Positions 35,993-51,300 of a stretch of 64,000 bases of DNA are shown in pieces. The position numbers and the translations under genes are program-made. The stretch comes from Piromyces finnis finn (lineage: Eukaryota; Fungi; Neocallimastigomycota): the NCBI GenBank assembly GCA_002104945.1, contig MCFH01000073.1, positions 164,734 to 228,733 of the forward strand. Direction: 5' to 3'. The notes under the pieces were generated by a model that was given only the letters and a program-made list of their open reading frames with translations, did not search any database and had not been told where the DNA came from. How positions within the stretch are numbered: the stretch's first letter is position 1; each line of letters starts with the position of its first letter.

Positions 35993-37897
35993 TTATTCTA
36001 TATCCTTTTTCTTATTTATATTTTTCTTTTCTTTTCTTTTATATAAAAATATACCTATACTTAAAAGGGAAAAAACTATAAATAAGCCACTTCCTATTAA
36101 AATTTTTGAAACATACGAGGAGTTATGTTCATTCTTAGAATTTGAAACATCACTTTTAATACTATTTTCGATTATATCTTTAACTTTATTATTGGAATTC
36201 GTACCTTTGTCATCATTTCCTTGATTTTTTTCATGATCGTGATCTTTCTTTTTTTCATCGACTAAATTTTCATCCTTTGTACTATCATTATTTTCTTTCA
36301 CAGAATGAGGATCATCTTTTTTATTGGTTTCGTCTTTTTCTATTATTGGTTCATCTTGAATATTATTTTCGATTTTATAGGCTTTTAATTTTTCATATTC
36401 AAAATTTTCATCAATATTTTTATAGGTCACACTTCCTGGATCATCATTACGATAAATGTAAAAACTATCAAATACTTTTTCGCTTGAGTTAATTCTTAAA
36501 AATTGACAATAGGCTTTTCTATTATTACCATCGACATTAAAATTACAAAATAGTCCACCAAAACGTTTAGCGTTTTCATTATTATCTCCTTTTGCATACT
36601 TTTTACGCCAATGATTATAATTTTTCTGCTCACCTTGTTCAACATAAACTTCATATCCACCAGTACCACTTAAAATATTAAAGGTAGCGCCATTACGTAT
36701 TTGAACTACAGTTCCATCAGCGTTTTCATCAAATTTATCAATAACCGGTTTAGTAAACTTTAACATTACTTTTGTTCTAGCATAGACATGATCATGAGCA
36801 CTAAATATTATGGCACCATGATCTTTACAATAATCATAAAAACTTTCATCCCCATCACGATCACCAGAAACAATATTACCATATTGTTGATATTTACCAG
36901 TATGATAATATTTATCATAAAAATGCCAAGAACAAATTTTCCAATCTTCTTTTGCATCTCTTAAATGAGTTTTTAAAAAACTTAATTGTTCTTTCCTAGA
37001 ATCTGCACCTGAAACACCTGGTGTTAATCCAATTATTCTCTTTATATGAAATAGAATAATTGGATATAATTAACATTTAAAAGAATGTTAATTTTATTCA
37101 AAAAAAAAAAAAAAAGTATTCATTTTGAATATTAAAATATATATTCAAATATAAAAAAAAAAAAAATTCTTTTATTATATTATTCCTATTCATTAATGGA
37201 TAAACATTTTTTTTATTACTTTTTAATATTTACCATATTTTTATAGACACAAGACCACATATATTTCGACGCTGAAAATTCACAAGTAGTTTTATTATTT
37301 TTATCGCTTACCATATGATAATAAATATTATTTAAAAATTTTTGGGCTATATCTTTATTACATTGAGGTATAGCATCATGATTTCCAGCAACGCCCATAA
37401 ATTGATATGAACGTTGTTGGTTTAATACTTCAATAAAATATTTATCAGGTAAACAATTATAATCAAAATCACCAAGATGAAGTAAGGCATCAAAACTTGA
37501 TAATTCCATAACTTTTTTAGCTTCCTTTGTTGTACCACTAAAATAGTATATTATTGTATTAATATATACAACAGATACGAAAGATAATTATTAGTATCCC
37601 AAAAATTAATATATATACGGAAATGTGGTATATTTATTGTTTTATTTATTTAATTTATGTTTGTTTTTTTATTCTAGGTTCATTTGTTTTTATTTCTTTT
37701 ATATGCAATTTATTTATATTGAATTATTAAATAATTGTAAGATAAATCTACCTATCACCAATAATTGCTAAAGTAAAAGGATCTGAACCATATTTATAAC
37801 TCTTTATATCCTCAATTGTAGGCACATTTTTACTGTTACATTGAATAATTTGTTTTAAAGCCAAGAAAAGTAATTGTAGTATAAAATTACATTTCAT
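35993..37897 (-). CDS. Membrane-anchored metallophosphoesterase, paralog C, with short tail
   Basis: Exons 37897-37752, 37537-37234, 37039-35993. Same motifs and intron phases; TM ILIGSGLFIVFSLLSIGIFLY followed by KRKEKK. Confidence 0.85.
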
Positions 37898-39417
37898 TTT
37901 TTTTTTATTATTATTATTATTTGTATATATAATTGATAGCAATGGAAATTGTTTTTTTTTTTTTTAATTGACTATGTAAATTATTTTATTTGAATACTTT
38001 TTAAATAATAATACATAACTATGTCTATTTCTACACTTTTGATATTAAAATTGCTATTAAATAAGAAAAAAAAAAATAAATTTCAAAGTAATATTTATAA
38101 AGAATTATATTTTATAAATATTTTTTTTTCTAATAAGAAAAATAGAAAAAATGAAAATTTTATTAAAATTAAAGTTTTTAATTAATTTTTTTTTATTAAT
38201 TAAATTTTTTCATTTTCTATTTAATAAGTTACATTTAAATGAAATGATGGATTTTTTTTAAAAAAGATATCATAGACTTCGTTATACTATTCTCCATAAT
38301 TCGATTTTTATAAGTAACCAGTATAACAGAATATATATATTTAATATATTATTATATTTTATTAATAGAGATAATTGAAACTTTAGAATTTCATTAATAT
38401 AACAACAATAGATTGAATATTTTTTTTATCTTTCTTTTCGTTATAACAATGGGATTATATAAAAAAAATAAAAAAAACGTTAGTAAAAGAAAATAGAAAT
38501 GAATAGGAATAGTTCATCAACTAACGATATAATCAATAATATATCTTTTAAATAGTTTAAAATCATCACCGCACCACCATTAAACATCATTATTCTTGGC
38601 TTTTTAAATCACATAAAAATTTTTTATGTAAAGCATTACATTTTTTATTGTTGACTTTGTATTACATTAATAAATTAATGTATTTACATAAATGTAATTG
38701 AAATAATTAATGTAATAAAGTAATGTAGTTAATGAAAAGTGGCCTTTTTTGAAATGAAAGAAATTCTCAAAGCTAACCATTTCATATAAATAAATAAAAA
38801 TATATATATTAATATAGCTTTATTTCATATATCTAATATTTGAAATAATTATTGATGGTCATTATTGTTTTTAATATTACATTATATTTGAAGTTTTTTT
38901 TTTTTTTTTTTTTACTTTATATTATGATACTTGTGTATATCACAATGATGTATAAAATATACTATTTCATATAAACTCATCTTTGTATTAGATTCCTCAT
39001 TCCTGTTGATAGTATATTAAAAAAAAGGGGTTGATAGTATATTATTAAAAGAAAATATTTTTCTTTTAATAATATTTTCACCACCAAATGACCAACTTAT
39101 TATATATATCTTTTTCAGTCTATCTAATTCAATTTATTATTATAAATGACAGCTACCTAATCCTTCCACCTACCAAAATTTATCACCACAACCTCTGCCA
39201 CTCCTCAATAATGAATAATAGATAAACCTTCATAATTTTTTTCTTTTATTAATATTAATTAAAATTTTTTTTTTAAAAAATTTAAATTATTAATTATTCC
39301 AAATTTTTTAATAAAAACTATTCCTTCTTATTGAATTAACAAACATTAAAGAATAGAATAATTAAAAAGTATATATATATATAATTAAATAATAAAAAAA
39401 ATAAAATTTAACTTGAA

Positions 39418-40969
39418 ATGGTAATATAATAAAAATATCTTTATAATATAAAAATAATAAAATATTTAAAGTATAAAATTGTTATTTCAAATTTTAAAAA
39501 AAAAAAAAAGGCATTTTAATATTAACTATTAATAATACATTTAACTTTTTTTTAAAAAAAAAAAATGGAATATTATTGTTTGTAGAGATTAAGAGTTCGT
39601 GGTCCAAATGGAATTTTAAGTGTTGGTGAAAATCTTAATGAAGATTCATTATTAGAAGAATTGAAAATTGAAATTCAAACTTTATCAAATATTAATGTAG
39701 AAGACCAATGCTGTAATTTTAATTACTTTTTTAATATTTTACATTTTAATTTATTTAAAACAATAGCTATGAGGAATGTTAAAATAAAAAATTAAAAATA
39801 TCAAAAAGAAGGGATATTGACAATTACTATAATTTTTATATATAATACTTTTATATAATTAATTAATTAATTATTATTGATAGTAAAAATTAACTTCCCA
39901 CCAACAGCAATTACAAAATCTAATAATTCAACTCTAACAGAATGTGGTATTTCTGATGGTGATCAAATAATATTAACAGAAAATAAAGGTTTTGGTCAAT
40001 CTATTGCTTCACCAACAAAAACCGAAAATATTCAATCAAATATATCTAATCCTGCAAAGTCAGAGCCATTACCACATAGTACTGCCCCAGAAACTACCAC
40101 AACTACTACTTCTTCAACTTCATATAATACTAATAATAATAATAATTCACATACAATGTCAGAGTTTGCTGCCTCTTTTTATAATAGTGGCAATAGCATG
40201 GAACCATCTTATTCAACTACTACTAATAATAATAATAATTATAATAATCAAGGTGAACTTCCTACAAAATGCTATCCTTCTACGAGTAACGGAAAAGCTG
40301 TTGAAACAAAAGATGGAATTCTTATAATCAAAGTATTAATAAATATATAAAATCTTTTTTCCCTTTATATTTTTCATATAATAATTATAGTTTTATGAAA
40401 TATTTTATTATTAATGTAAAATAACAGGAAATACCTGATGATAATAGTTGTTTATTTAACTCAGTTAGGTAAATACCTTAAAAAAATAAATAATGATAAA
40501 AGCTTAAACTCATCAACTATTAACGACTTCTTTAACTAAATTGAATATACTATTTTTGAATTTATTTTCATTTAGATATGTTACTCAAAATAAGCATATT
40601 GATATTGCGCAAATGAGAAAAAGTATCATTTTAAACGTTATAATTTATAAAATAAAAAAGTTCATCTTTTTATAAAATTTCTTAGTCCTTAAAATTATTT
40701 CTAATTATATTTTATTTTATATATTATTCTTTTTTAATATTATATTCATATAATATTAAAAGTTATTGCTGATACTATTAGAAAAGACCCAATAAATTTC
40801 AATGATGCTATATTAGGAAAGCCAATGGAAGAATACATAAATTATATTCAACAACCAAAAACATGGGGTGGTTATCTTGAATTACTTATATTTAGTGATT
40901 ACTTTAAAATTGGTACATATATGATTATTTTATTATACATAAATTATTCAAATTTAATAAATACTTTTT

Positions 40970-41010
<41 letters not shown>

Positions 41011-41381
41011 TTATTTTAATTCACTCATTATATTTATTAGAGATTTGTTCAATTGATATTAAAACAAATAGAATTGATAAATTTGGTGAAGGGAAATATA
41101 AAGAAATGGTTTTCCTTATCTACAAGTATGATTTTTTTTTTTTTATTTTAGTAATATAATGATAACAGAATAATAATATTTTTTAAATTTTATTAATATT
41201 TTATATTTTAAAAAAAAAAAACTATAATAATATAGTGGTATACACTATGATGCTGTTGCATTAAAACCATTTGAAGAAGCACCAGAAGAATATGAAAGAA
41301 CAATATTTGAATCAAATGATGAATATTTAATTGGAGCATTAAAGGCATTAGGAGATAATTTAAAAAAGGTAAAACTAATAA

Positions 41382-41446
<65 letters not shown>

Positions 41447-41721
41447 AATAAAAAAAAAAATTAACAAAAATATTTAACACAAATTTAATGAAATATAGAA
41501 AAAACTTTTCACAGATACTACCAATTTTAAATTAAGATGTGGTATTTGCAATAAAGGTATTATAAAAATTATTCATGATATATAAATAAAAGAATATTTT
41601 TTATTACGAAATGAATTTACTAAATGAATATTTAATTCTATATAAATTAGCTCTTGTTGGTGAAAAGGAAGCTGTAGAACATGCAAATAAAACTGGACAT
41701 ACTGATTTTAGAGAATATTAA
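39418..41721 (+). CDS. OTU1: OTU-domain deubiquitinase (OTU1/YOD1 type), 10 exons
   Basis: ATG-only first exon (39418-39420); Ub-like RLRVRGPNG...KINFPP; catalytic IPDDNSCLFNSV; WGGYLEL; NGIHYDA; C2H2 finger LRCGIC...EHANKTGH; stop 41719-41721. Confidence 0.9.
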
Positions 41722-41842
41722 TTTTATAAAGCACATCTATAATTATTTCAAAAATTTTATATTTTTGTTATTCATCATTTATACAAATTTTTTGCGTGAT
41801 TGTCATTTCTCGATTTTCAATAATATAATTATAATAATAAAA

Positions 41843-41882
<40 letters not shown>

Positions 41883-42311
41883 AAAAAAATATAAAGCTTA
41901 ATATTTATTTTATTTTATTTATTTCATTATTTTTTAATATTTAAATTAATAGGATATTTTGAGTTGAAATATGAAAAAATTGTATTACTATTTTTTAAAA
42001 AATTGTATATATAAAATGCAATATTATTTACATGAACTAACTGATAATATTTAATGTTAAATATAAATTTCTATATCTAGTATGTGTAGTATTGTAAAAC
42101 AAAATTTTATACTAATATTAACATTAAAAATTTATGCAAATATATAAAAAAAAATGAATATTAAATAAATATATACATATATTATAATTAGTAAAATTAG
42201 TAAACAATTTATACAATATATATAATTGTTCTCTTTTTTTTTTTTCTTAAATTGTATAGTTATTGATGAATTAATGATGAAAATGATAATATTAAAATGG
42301 TAGTAATTAAC

Positions 42312-45300
42312 TTAGTCAACAGACATTAATAAACATACACCACTAAGAACCCATTTTTGTGGTACTTCTTTGGTCTTTAAGTTGAAAGTCCAAATGTATG
42401 TTGGACCACGGTTTCTAGTTCTATATAATGGGCATTCATAAATACCCTTAGTTTCCTTCTTTTCTACCGGTATAGCTTTAACTTGTATAACTGGCATAGC
42501 GGGTGTTAATACCTTCATTTGACTTTCTTGAATCATACCTGTTTGAGTATCCCATCTAGCACCTTCCATGAATAAACCGCAAATAGCAGCTCCTTCTCTT
42601 GGAGGAGTAGTGTATTCTTCTCTATTCTTCTTTGAAACTTCGACTTGTAATATCATACGATCCAATGGCCATTCCATCTTTCTAGCTGTAGTTTGCATAA
42701 TAGCAGTTAAGAATGATTGTGGATTGAATAGACCTGATATCCAGAGAACTGTAGGTAAGGAGAATTCTTGTACCCAGTTTTCTAATTCTTTAATACGTTG
42801 TAAAAGATCCACATACCAATTTGAAAGACTTTGTAATGATGGATAAGCTAAACGTTCCCAGGACACCGGAACAACATTCAAATAAATTGCATTCATTAAG
42901 GTTTCCATAGGTTCTGAAATGGTTAAATCACCCTTCAAACCAAGATCTAGTTCTTTAAGTGATCTTCTAATTTCTGTCGTAAGAATAACCATACGATCAC
43001 ATTCTTGTAAAGCAACAGAAATATACGGTGTTCTTTCTTCAACTCTTCCCATTAATTCGGCCATATTAAAGGATTCTGGAAGCTTTTCTAGAATATCATC
43101 TAATGTTTGTTTAACTTTTTCTTCCTTTGATGAAGAACCTGCACCAGACGTATTCTTTGGTGCCATTTCAAGAATAGTTCTAAAGAGTTCATCAGCTGTA
43201 CTAGTCAATACACCAATTTCAGCATTTGGATGTAAACCGTAAAGATATGGTGATTCCGGTGGTAAGTATTCATCAATATATTGATGATACATCTTATAAT
43301 CTGATGGTGGTGGTAAAGTAAAACCTGGGGCAAGTTCAAAGTTACCATCCAACATTTCTTCCTTTAAGTATACATCAAGATAAGCAGAACATAATCTTCT
43401 ATCCCAATCATCAGAAATATGACCACCATACATAATATCACCAAACATGTATCTTAAATCGGTCCATGGAACCTTTGGGAAGGTTTCCAAATAGTTGTAC
43501 AATACATCAATACAAATAGTCAAATCACCAGTACTGAATGGGTAGGATCTATTCCAACCTTGAGTACCGAATTTTCTTCTTTCTAATACAACAGCATGGA
43601 AGTAACAAAGAGTGAATAAGATGGTCTTGAATTCGATATCCTTTGAACATCTTTCCAATGTTTCTTGTGAGAAATTATCAAGGGCACGATGAATATTGGC
43701 ATTCATACCAGTTGGTGGTTCATTAGTAATCTTAATACTAACTTGAAGAATACTTGTTGGAATAACATGCATGGATGGATCTCCGGCAGGTTCGGCTGAA
43801 AGGAAGACTCTAAAGTCTTTATGAGCACCTTGACTTAACGCTTCTAATTTCTTGGCAAGAATAGGTAACCATTTACGAACCAAGTGAATATTTTCAAGCA
43901 TAACCCATCCTCCCTTTTCATAGGCTAAATCAAGTTTTTGTTCAGCAATAATTTCTTGACCTTGACCTAATGAAACATTATGGAAGTTTCCATTATCTTC
44001 TGTAAAGTTCAATTGTCTACCTAACAATTCGACTTCCTTGACAGGATCCACACCAGGAGATAAGATAAAGAAGATTGGAGTGGATGGATTCATTTCTGTG
44101 TAGGTTTGAGATAATGGTTGTCTGGTAGAATCAACATATTTAGCACCCATCTTTTGAACAATAAAGTTACGAACAGCATAGGTCATACGATCTGGACGAA
44201 GAGCACGAAGAATACATAATTTTTGAATAGCATTCTTATTCTTCCATTCTTGTGGTAATTTTTCATTTTCTGGAACTTCATTTTCATAATACTTCTTCCA
44301 TTGCTTGGCAGAACCTTCAATATCATTAGCTAACGACTTAAATTCATCTAATTCAGATAATGCCTTAATAACAGCCCAGGATTGATTATTCAACCAATCA
44401 AATGGACTAGTAATATTAGGCATTCTAGGCATTCTCAATAAGAAGTTAAATTCATTCATATCAATTTCATTTTGAGTAATCATAATTTGGAATACCATTT
44501 GGGCTGTGAAAATTAACTTATCCTTTTCAAACAAACCTCTATTGGTGTAGTTACATACGAAATAAGTAATATTATCAATTAAATTGTTGACTCTTTCTTT
44601 AATTTCTTCTGATGGTTCGGCATTATGAATAGCATTTTGGAAAACAACCTTATAGGCATTTAATGAGAATTGATACATTGGGTGAATTTGGTATAATTCA
44701 TTTAATAAGAAATAAAGTAAGGATGATCTGGCAGCAACAGGTCTGTAAAGTTCTCTCGTTTCATTAATACTCTTTTCAGTTAACTTGGCCTCCTTAACTT
44801 GCTTTTCAATATCTGTTGAAGTACTCTTTGTAATTTCAAGATTTTCGACCAAGGCGGTATCACCTAAGAAGTTACCTTGAGCAGATGATAAACGTGAAAG
44901 AAGAGCATCTTCAAGTTCGGTTAAACGAATCTTGAATTCATTTTGTTGTTTTGTTAAATCAGCTTTCGTCTTTTCTAAATCAGCACGTTCAATGTTAACG
45001 ACATCTGCTAATAATTGATCTTCTAAACCAGCTAATGTAACAGTAAAGTTAATTAATGTGGTTTGAGCTTGAATTTCTGGTGGGTAGTGAGGATTGGCCA
45101 TTCTTGTTTGCAAAATTAACTTAAAGTTAGGATTATATTCTACTTCCTTATCTCCAATCTTAATATATTTACCCTTCTTAATAGTATTTCTACCTAATAC
45201 ATCATTTAATACAGGATCAATTTCAATACCAATATCTTCAATTAATACTGGATCACCATCAGAAATGGCTTTTTCAATAACATCCAAGTAACCTCTTTGT

Positions 45301-48300
45301 CCTAAACGAATAACCTTTAAACTTTCTCCTTCACGGGCTTTAATCCACTTAATACCTTGTAATTGTGGATCAATAATTAATGGCCATCTCTTACAATTAG
45401 TTACCATTGTAGCATTTTCTAATGACATTCTATCAGTTGGTAATTCTTCATTATTCCATCTAGCAATTTCTGCACTATTTGTCAAAATATCTAATGGATC
45501 TAATTCATTAGACATTGGAATAAATGGTTTTCCTTCTGAATCCGTTTGTCGCATGAAAGTTAACCACTTTTCTTCTAAAAGTTCGGTTCTGTAACTCTTA
45601 CTGAAACAACCAACATACGAAATGAAAGCAGCAGCTAATAATACATCACCAGCTAATGTCTTTTCTTGTTCTTTAAAGTTTGCAACTTCATCACTCCATC
45701 TAATCTTTTCTGAAGCTAAACCATTAACGAGTCTGTTAGCTAAAGCAATAGTAGCATTAGTAGCATTAGCTTCTTCTTCACACTTAAGTTTATCTGCAGT
45801 AGCTTTTTCAAATTGAGCCTTTAATTCTGCAAGATTCTTATCCAAATCTTCAATCTTTTCTTGAATGGCTCTAAGCTTTTCTTGAGATTGTTGTAAATCA
45901 TTGTTAGCTTGAGCTAAAGCTTGTCTCTTAGGTTCAACATCTCTGTAAACCTTGTAGTATTGAACAATATTAACTACCCATGAACATAAACCGGCAGCAG
46001 CAAATGATTTAGTACGAATATAATCAGCATTAAAGTTTGGATCAGCTAAATATGGTGCAAGGGCATCTAAGTTGGATTGATCAATGTTTTCCTTATTGAA
46101 ATTAATTAAGGTATCCAAGAAACCGTCTACCTTGGCCATCATATTCTTACCAGCCTTCCAACTTCTATCCTTTGCAATTTTACCTGGTGGTGATAATAAT
46201 ACCATAACAGCAGAAACGACATTCTTTACGTCTTCAGCTGGGGTACCGAAAGATTTCAATTCTGTTAAGTTAGCCTTATTTAAAGTGTTAAGAGCTTGTG
46301 ATGCAGCTTCTAAAGCCGGTTCAGCAGCAAGTAAATCTTGTTCACATTGTGCTTGCTTTTCTGAAACTTCCTTTGTAATTTGGTCAACTTTCTTTTCTTC
46401 TTGATCGGCAATAGCCTTTTCCTTGTTAACATGCTCAGTATCAACACTAACACGTTCAATAAGTAATTCAGCTTCTTCATTCTTTTGTTTAAGTTCAACT
46501 TCTTGTACAGCTAACTTGGCTTTAAGATCATCTACTTGAGATGATGTACTTTGTAATTTAGTAAGACCATTTTCTAAACGATCCATACTCTTAATTAATT
46601 CGACATGTTTCTTCTCTAGCATTTCTTCATAAAGACTAATCAATGCAAGGAAACTCTTTGGAGTAGTATAATTATATCTCTTTTCATTTAATAAATATTT
46701 CTTGGAAACTTCATTTACAGATAAGTGAGCATAAGCCATAAATTTAGTTACAGGTTCTCTAAGTTCAACTGGAACTCTTTCACATGCTTCAATAAATCTT
46801 TTGGCTACACCGATTAAAGCTTCTTCTGGCCATTCATGGAACCAATCAATAGAAGTACAATTAACAATAGCTGGGAACTTTCTGCATCTTGATCTCAAAA
46901 GGTTACCGACTGGGGAGAAACATAGAACAACCTTTAAGTTTCTTCTTACAAAATTGATAAAAATGTTCCAGCAAACTTCTCTTGTATCTAATAAACCTTG
47001 TGATTTAGCTTCATTTCTCATAGCGTTAATAATTGTTTCAGTTTCATCATCAGGGAATAAACCAGGAATATTACCAGAAGCTAATAAATCGTTAATTAAC
47101 ACCAAGAAACCTTCATCGGCAATTTGGGAATCAGTAAGTAAGAATACAATTTGTTGTTGTTTCATACCACACTTTTGGAATAATGATGCTAAATCTAATT
47201 TAAGATCAGCAACACCATAACCCTTTCTAAGAACAATTTGGAAGACATCCATGGAAGATATATAAGAGGCTAAACGAGATAAACTTTGTTTACCACTACC
47301 ACCAACACCAACCAGTAAAGCGTTACCACGTGGACTTTCCAAAATTCTGTTAATTCTACAAATATGACTAATAGCATCTTCGAAAAGTACAAGATTCATG
47401 GCAGAATTAATTTCATTGTATTGATCTAAAGCATCATCTAAAATCTTCTTTAATGAAGCCCAATCTTGAGCTTCAGTATATTTAGGTTCCCCAATACCAC
47501 CAGCAAAGTGGGAGAATATAAGAGGTTCTGCATTAATTACCTTTTGATCAAGATCATCAAATACCTTCTTAGCAATAGCAGATTGGAAACTGATAAGTTG
47601 TTCATTATCAGAAGTATCTAAAAGTTTATCACCATATACTCTTCTTGTTTCATGAAGGAATAATCTTACTAAGTCTGTTGGTTCTTTAAGAGTTTCTTTA
47701 GATGAAAATAGAATACCTTGGAAAATGTTTGATAAATCACGCATATTAAATACATAATGGAATTTAACGGCTGTTGGTAAGAATACTTGTGAAACCTTCT
47801 TATGAAGTTGGATAGCTGCATTAACAATTTTTTCAGCATACTTTTGAATATTCTTAGGGAATTGTTGTAAGTGAGAAGATAAAATGGTTTGATAAATGGT
47901 TTGTAAACTTTCTAATGTTGGGAAACTAACTGAAAATACAGCAAAGTGTCTTTGTAAACGTGGGTTAATGGTAAAACTACCAGCTGTTGGATTCATACAT
48001 GCAACATATTGACAATTATGAATATCCTTCAAGGTTAGCTTATTTCTATCGTACCAATGATTATAATCAATATGTTGTCTTAACAAAGTGTGTGGGGAAG
48101 CAGTACCGTAACAATCAACTTCTGGCATATTTAAATCATCTAAAAAGTAAATTAACTTTTTAGTACCTGGAGGACCATAATTTCTACCAGCTTTCTTTTC
48201 AAGTGGTTTTTCAAGAATACCTTGAAGTGACCAGGCAGTAGTGTAATAATTGAAAGCAATATTAACAATAAGTCTTTCATCAGCATAACCATTTAATTTG

Positions 48301-51300
48301 TCTTGCATTAATACAGTTTTACCACAGCCAGCATTACCTAAAAGTAAAACAGCTTTTTGATTATCAGTTAATATATCCATTAATGACTTAATACGGATAG
48401 TTTCACTAGTATGAACCATTACACTTTGTAATGGTATTTCTGGATCGTACTGAAATTCTGGAATCTTTTCTGTCCAAGGAGCAAATTGTCTTGTGTTATT
48501 ATCAATATAGTAATCGAATACAGTACCAACAGGTGGGAATTTAACTGTTTTAAATTCGGAATTCCACCATTTACTGAATTCAACACGATAATCAATTAAT
48601 TGATCTTGAATAACACTACCACCAAATGCCCATACAGCAGAGAATACAAAGTATAGTTCATAAGTTTCCTTATCACATCCTTTTAATGAGGTTTGATTGA
48701 ATATTAAACCTTCTAAAATATTACATAATGTAGCAACCATACTGTTATCTTCAACTGGGGCCATTTTAAATCTTCCACTATGAATAGCATCCAATGTAGT
48801 GTTAACATACTTATCAAAAAGAACTGATAATGTTGTTCTTTCACTTTGATCTTCAAGTTTATCTAACCAACTTTGAACATATGGATTCCAACCTAAATCA
48901 GAGGTGTTAACATATAAAATACCAGCACGGGATACAGTAGCTGGAGTGGCATACTTTAAATCGCCAATTTCGAAAATTAAACGCATTGCTGGTTTCATTG
49001 GAATACGTTCATTACTAGCTAATGTCAAAACCTTATTATCATCCATAACAGTATTAAGGGATTCAATCCAATTTGGATCAATATCACCATCCAAAATAAT
49101 CCATTTTGGATCTGGACCACTAATATTAAACATATCTCTCATAATAGATGAAAATAGACCATCTCTCCATTCTCTTGTCGCTGGGTTAATATAACCGAAA
49201 AGATCATTTGTACTGACAGCCTTTGGATTCAAATCAGAGTAAACGCATTTCTTACCGTTATTAATATAGGTTTTGGCTAACATTTTCCAAATTTGACTTT
49301 TACCAGAACCAGCATTACCAATAATGAAAACACAGTGACGTACCGCTAATAATTCTTCTAATTGAACAACCTTTAATACAAACATATCTTCAGCTTGTAA
49401 ACCACAAGCAATAGTTGATTTCTTAATATCTTGTTCAAAATCTAAGTTTCTCTTACGTGGAATATCAATTTTTGGGAAAAGATCATTAATTAAACCGTTG
49501 AATACTGTTAAATCATCTGTAACAATCTTTGGTAAATTAAAATCACGAAGAGCTCTCATTAAAACGTGTTCTTCTGGAACACCTGGATCAGAACGCTTAA
49601 GTGAACCTGCAACAACCAATACAGATTTAATAGCTCTTAAACCCCAATCATAGTGATCTTGTTTTGAAAGTAATTCTTTATTTAACTTATATAATGTATG
49701 GAATTTTCTAGCTAAAACACTGGCTTCAACAAAACCTTCAGCCATAAGCATAATTTCACAAATTAATTCAAGATTTGGTACAACCATAGAACAAGGACGG
49801 AATAATGCCTTAATATTTTCTGGAAGTTCAGTTCTACCAGCATAACCTGGATTCATCGTAATGAAGAAACCAACAGTATTTTCAAGAGAAATTTCTTCTC
49901 CTTGGAAAATAAATCTCTTCTTTTTGGCACGAAGACCATCTTCAATAGACTTAACTTGTGTAGCAACGACAGACAATACTTCTACAGAAATTCTATTAAA
50001 TTCATCGAAACAACCCCAAGCACCAGATTGAGCTAAACCTTTATAAATATTACCAATAGACCTATAGTCCATTTGTTCAGAACAATTGAATACATATACC
50101 ATAACAGTTAAAGCACGGCCTAAATCTTTTACAGTTTCTGTTTTTCCTGTACCAGCAGGACCAGCAGGAGCACCACCCATAATTAAGTGCAATGATTGAG
50201 TTAAGGTAATATAACATCTATCAGTTAATGGAGTAATAACTAAACGTGGAGTATCACCCAAATATTCGTAACTGAAAGTAAATTGGGCATCACAAATATT
50301 TGCAATACAATGACTTTGTACATCATCCCATCTTAAACGAAGTTGACTTTGCCAACTGAAACATTGAGCATTTTCAGCTTTTTCTTGTACTAATTTTCCA
50401 ACAATATCTCTTGCATGTACATCAAGAGTACAAACTGTCATAATCATTTGTCTATCTAATTTTGATAATTCTCCTTGAATTAAAGTAATAAGAGTTGTTA
50501 ATTGATTACATTGCTTTTTGTAATATTCTTTCATTGAATTTTCATAACCTTCTTCTAAACGAGCAAATGAAGCATTAACTTCTGTTGCCCACCAAATTTG
50601 TGAACCAGTAAGAGTAACTTGAGCAGGGTGATCGAAAATCCATTGATCTCTTGGTTTTTCTTCATAAGATGCAACAGCTTCACCAATAAGTTGTCTTAAT
50701 GTCATTCTCATTGAATCAACAAGATGATTAAGCCATACTTCAACAGGACCTACACATTCACAAGGTTCTTTAAATGGTACATATTCATCTTCTTTACTGT
50801 ACATACCAATAGCTGTCTTAGTAAAGTTACCATCAGCATCTTTAGTAAATTCTAATCTAGAAATACTATCAAATAATTTTTGTAAATGAATAGCTACAGC
50901 ATGTGGAATATTTCCCTTTGCTAAAATATCTAATAAATCAGAAGCAGAAACAAAGTAGAAACGTGGAAAGGCTAATCTCTTTGTTTCTAAATATTCAGCT
51001 AATGATTTTTCACAAAGAGCTAATTGTTGTTGTAAATATTCTAATTTAGCATTTAAACCTTCCTTAGAACATGCTTCAATAGCATTTGGAGTATTAATTG
51101 CGTCTTTCATTAATGCATTATAATCAGAATCAATACCATCAAATCTTTTTGAATCTTCTGGTAATTGTTGTCTAATATCTTCAGATTCTAAGAAAATATT
51201 TTCTAAGTGAGACCATGTTTTTTGAACTTCTAACCATAAAGTCATTACTGTATCAACTGTCGATAATTTTTCTTGCCATCCAGTAATTTGCTCTTCAAAG

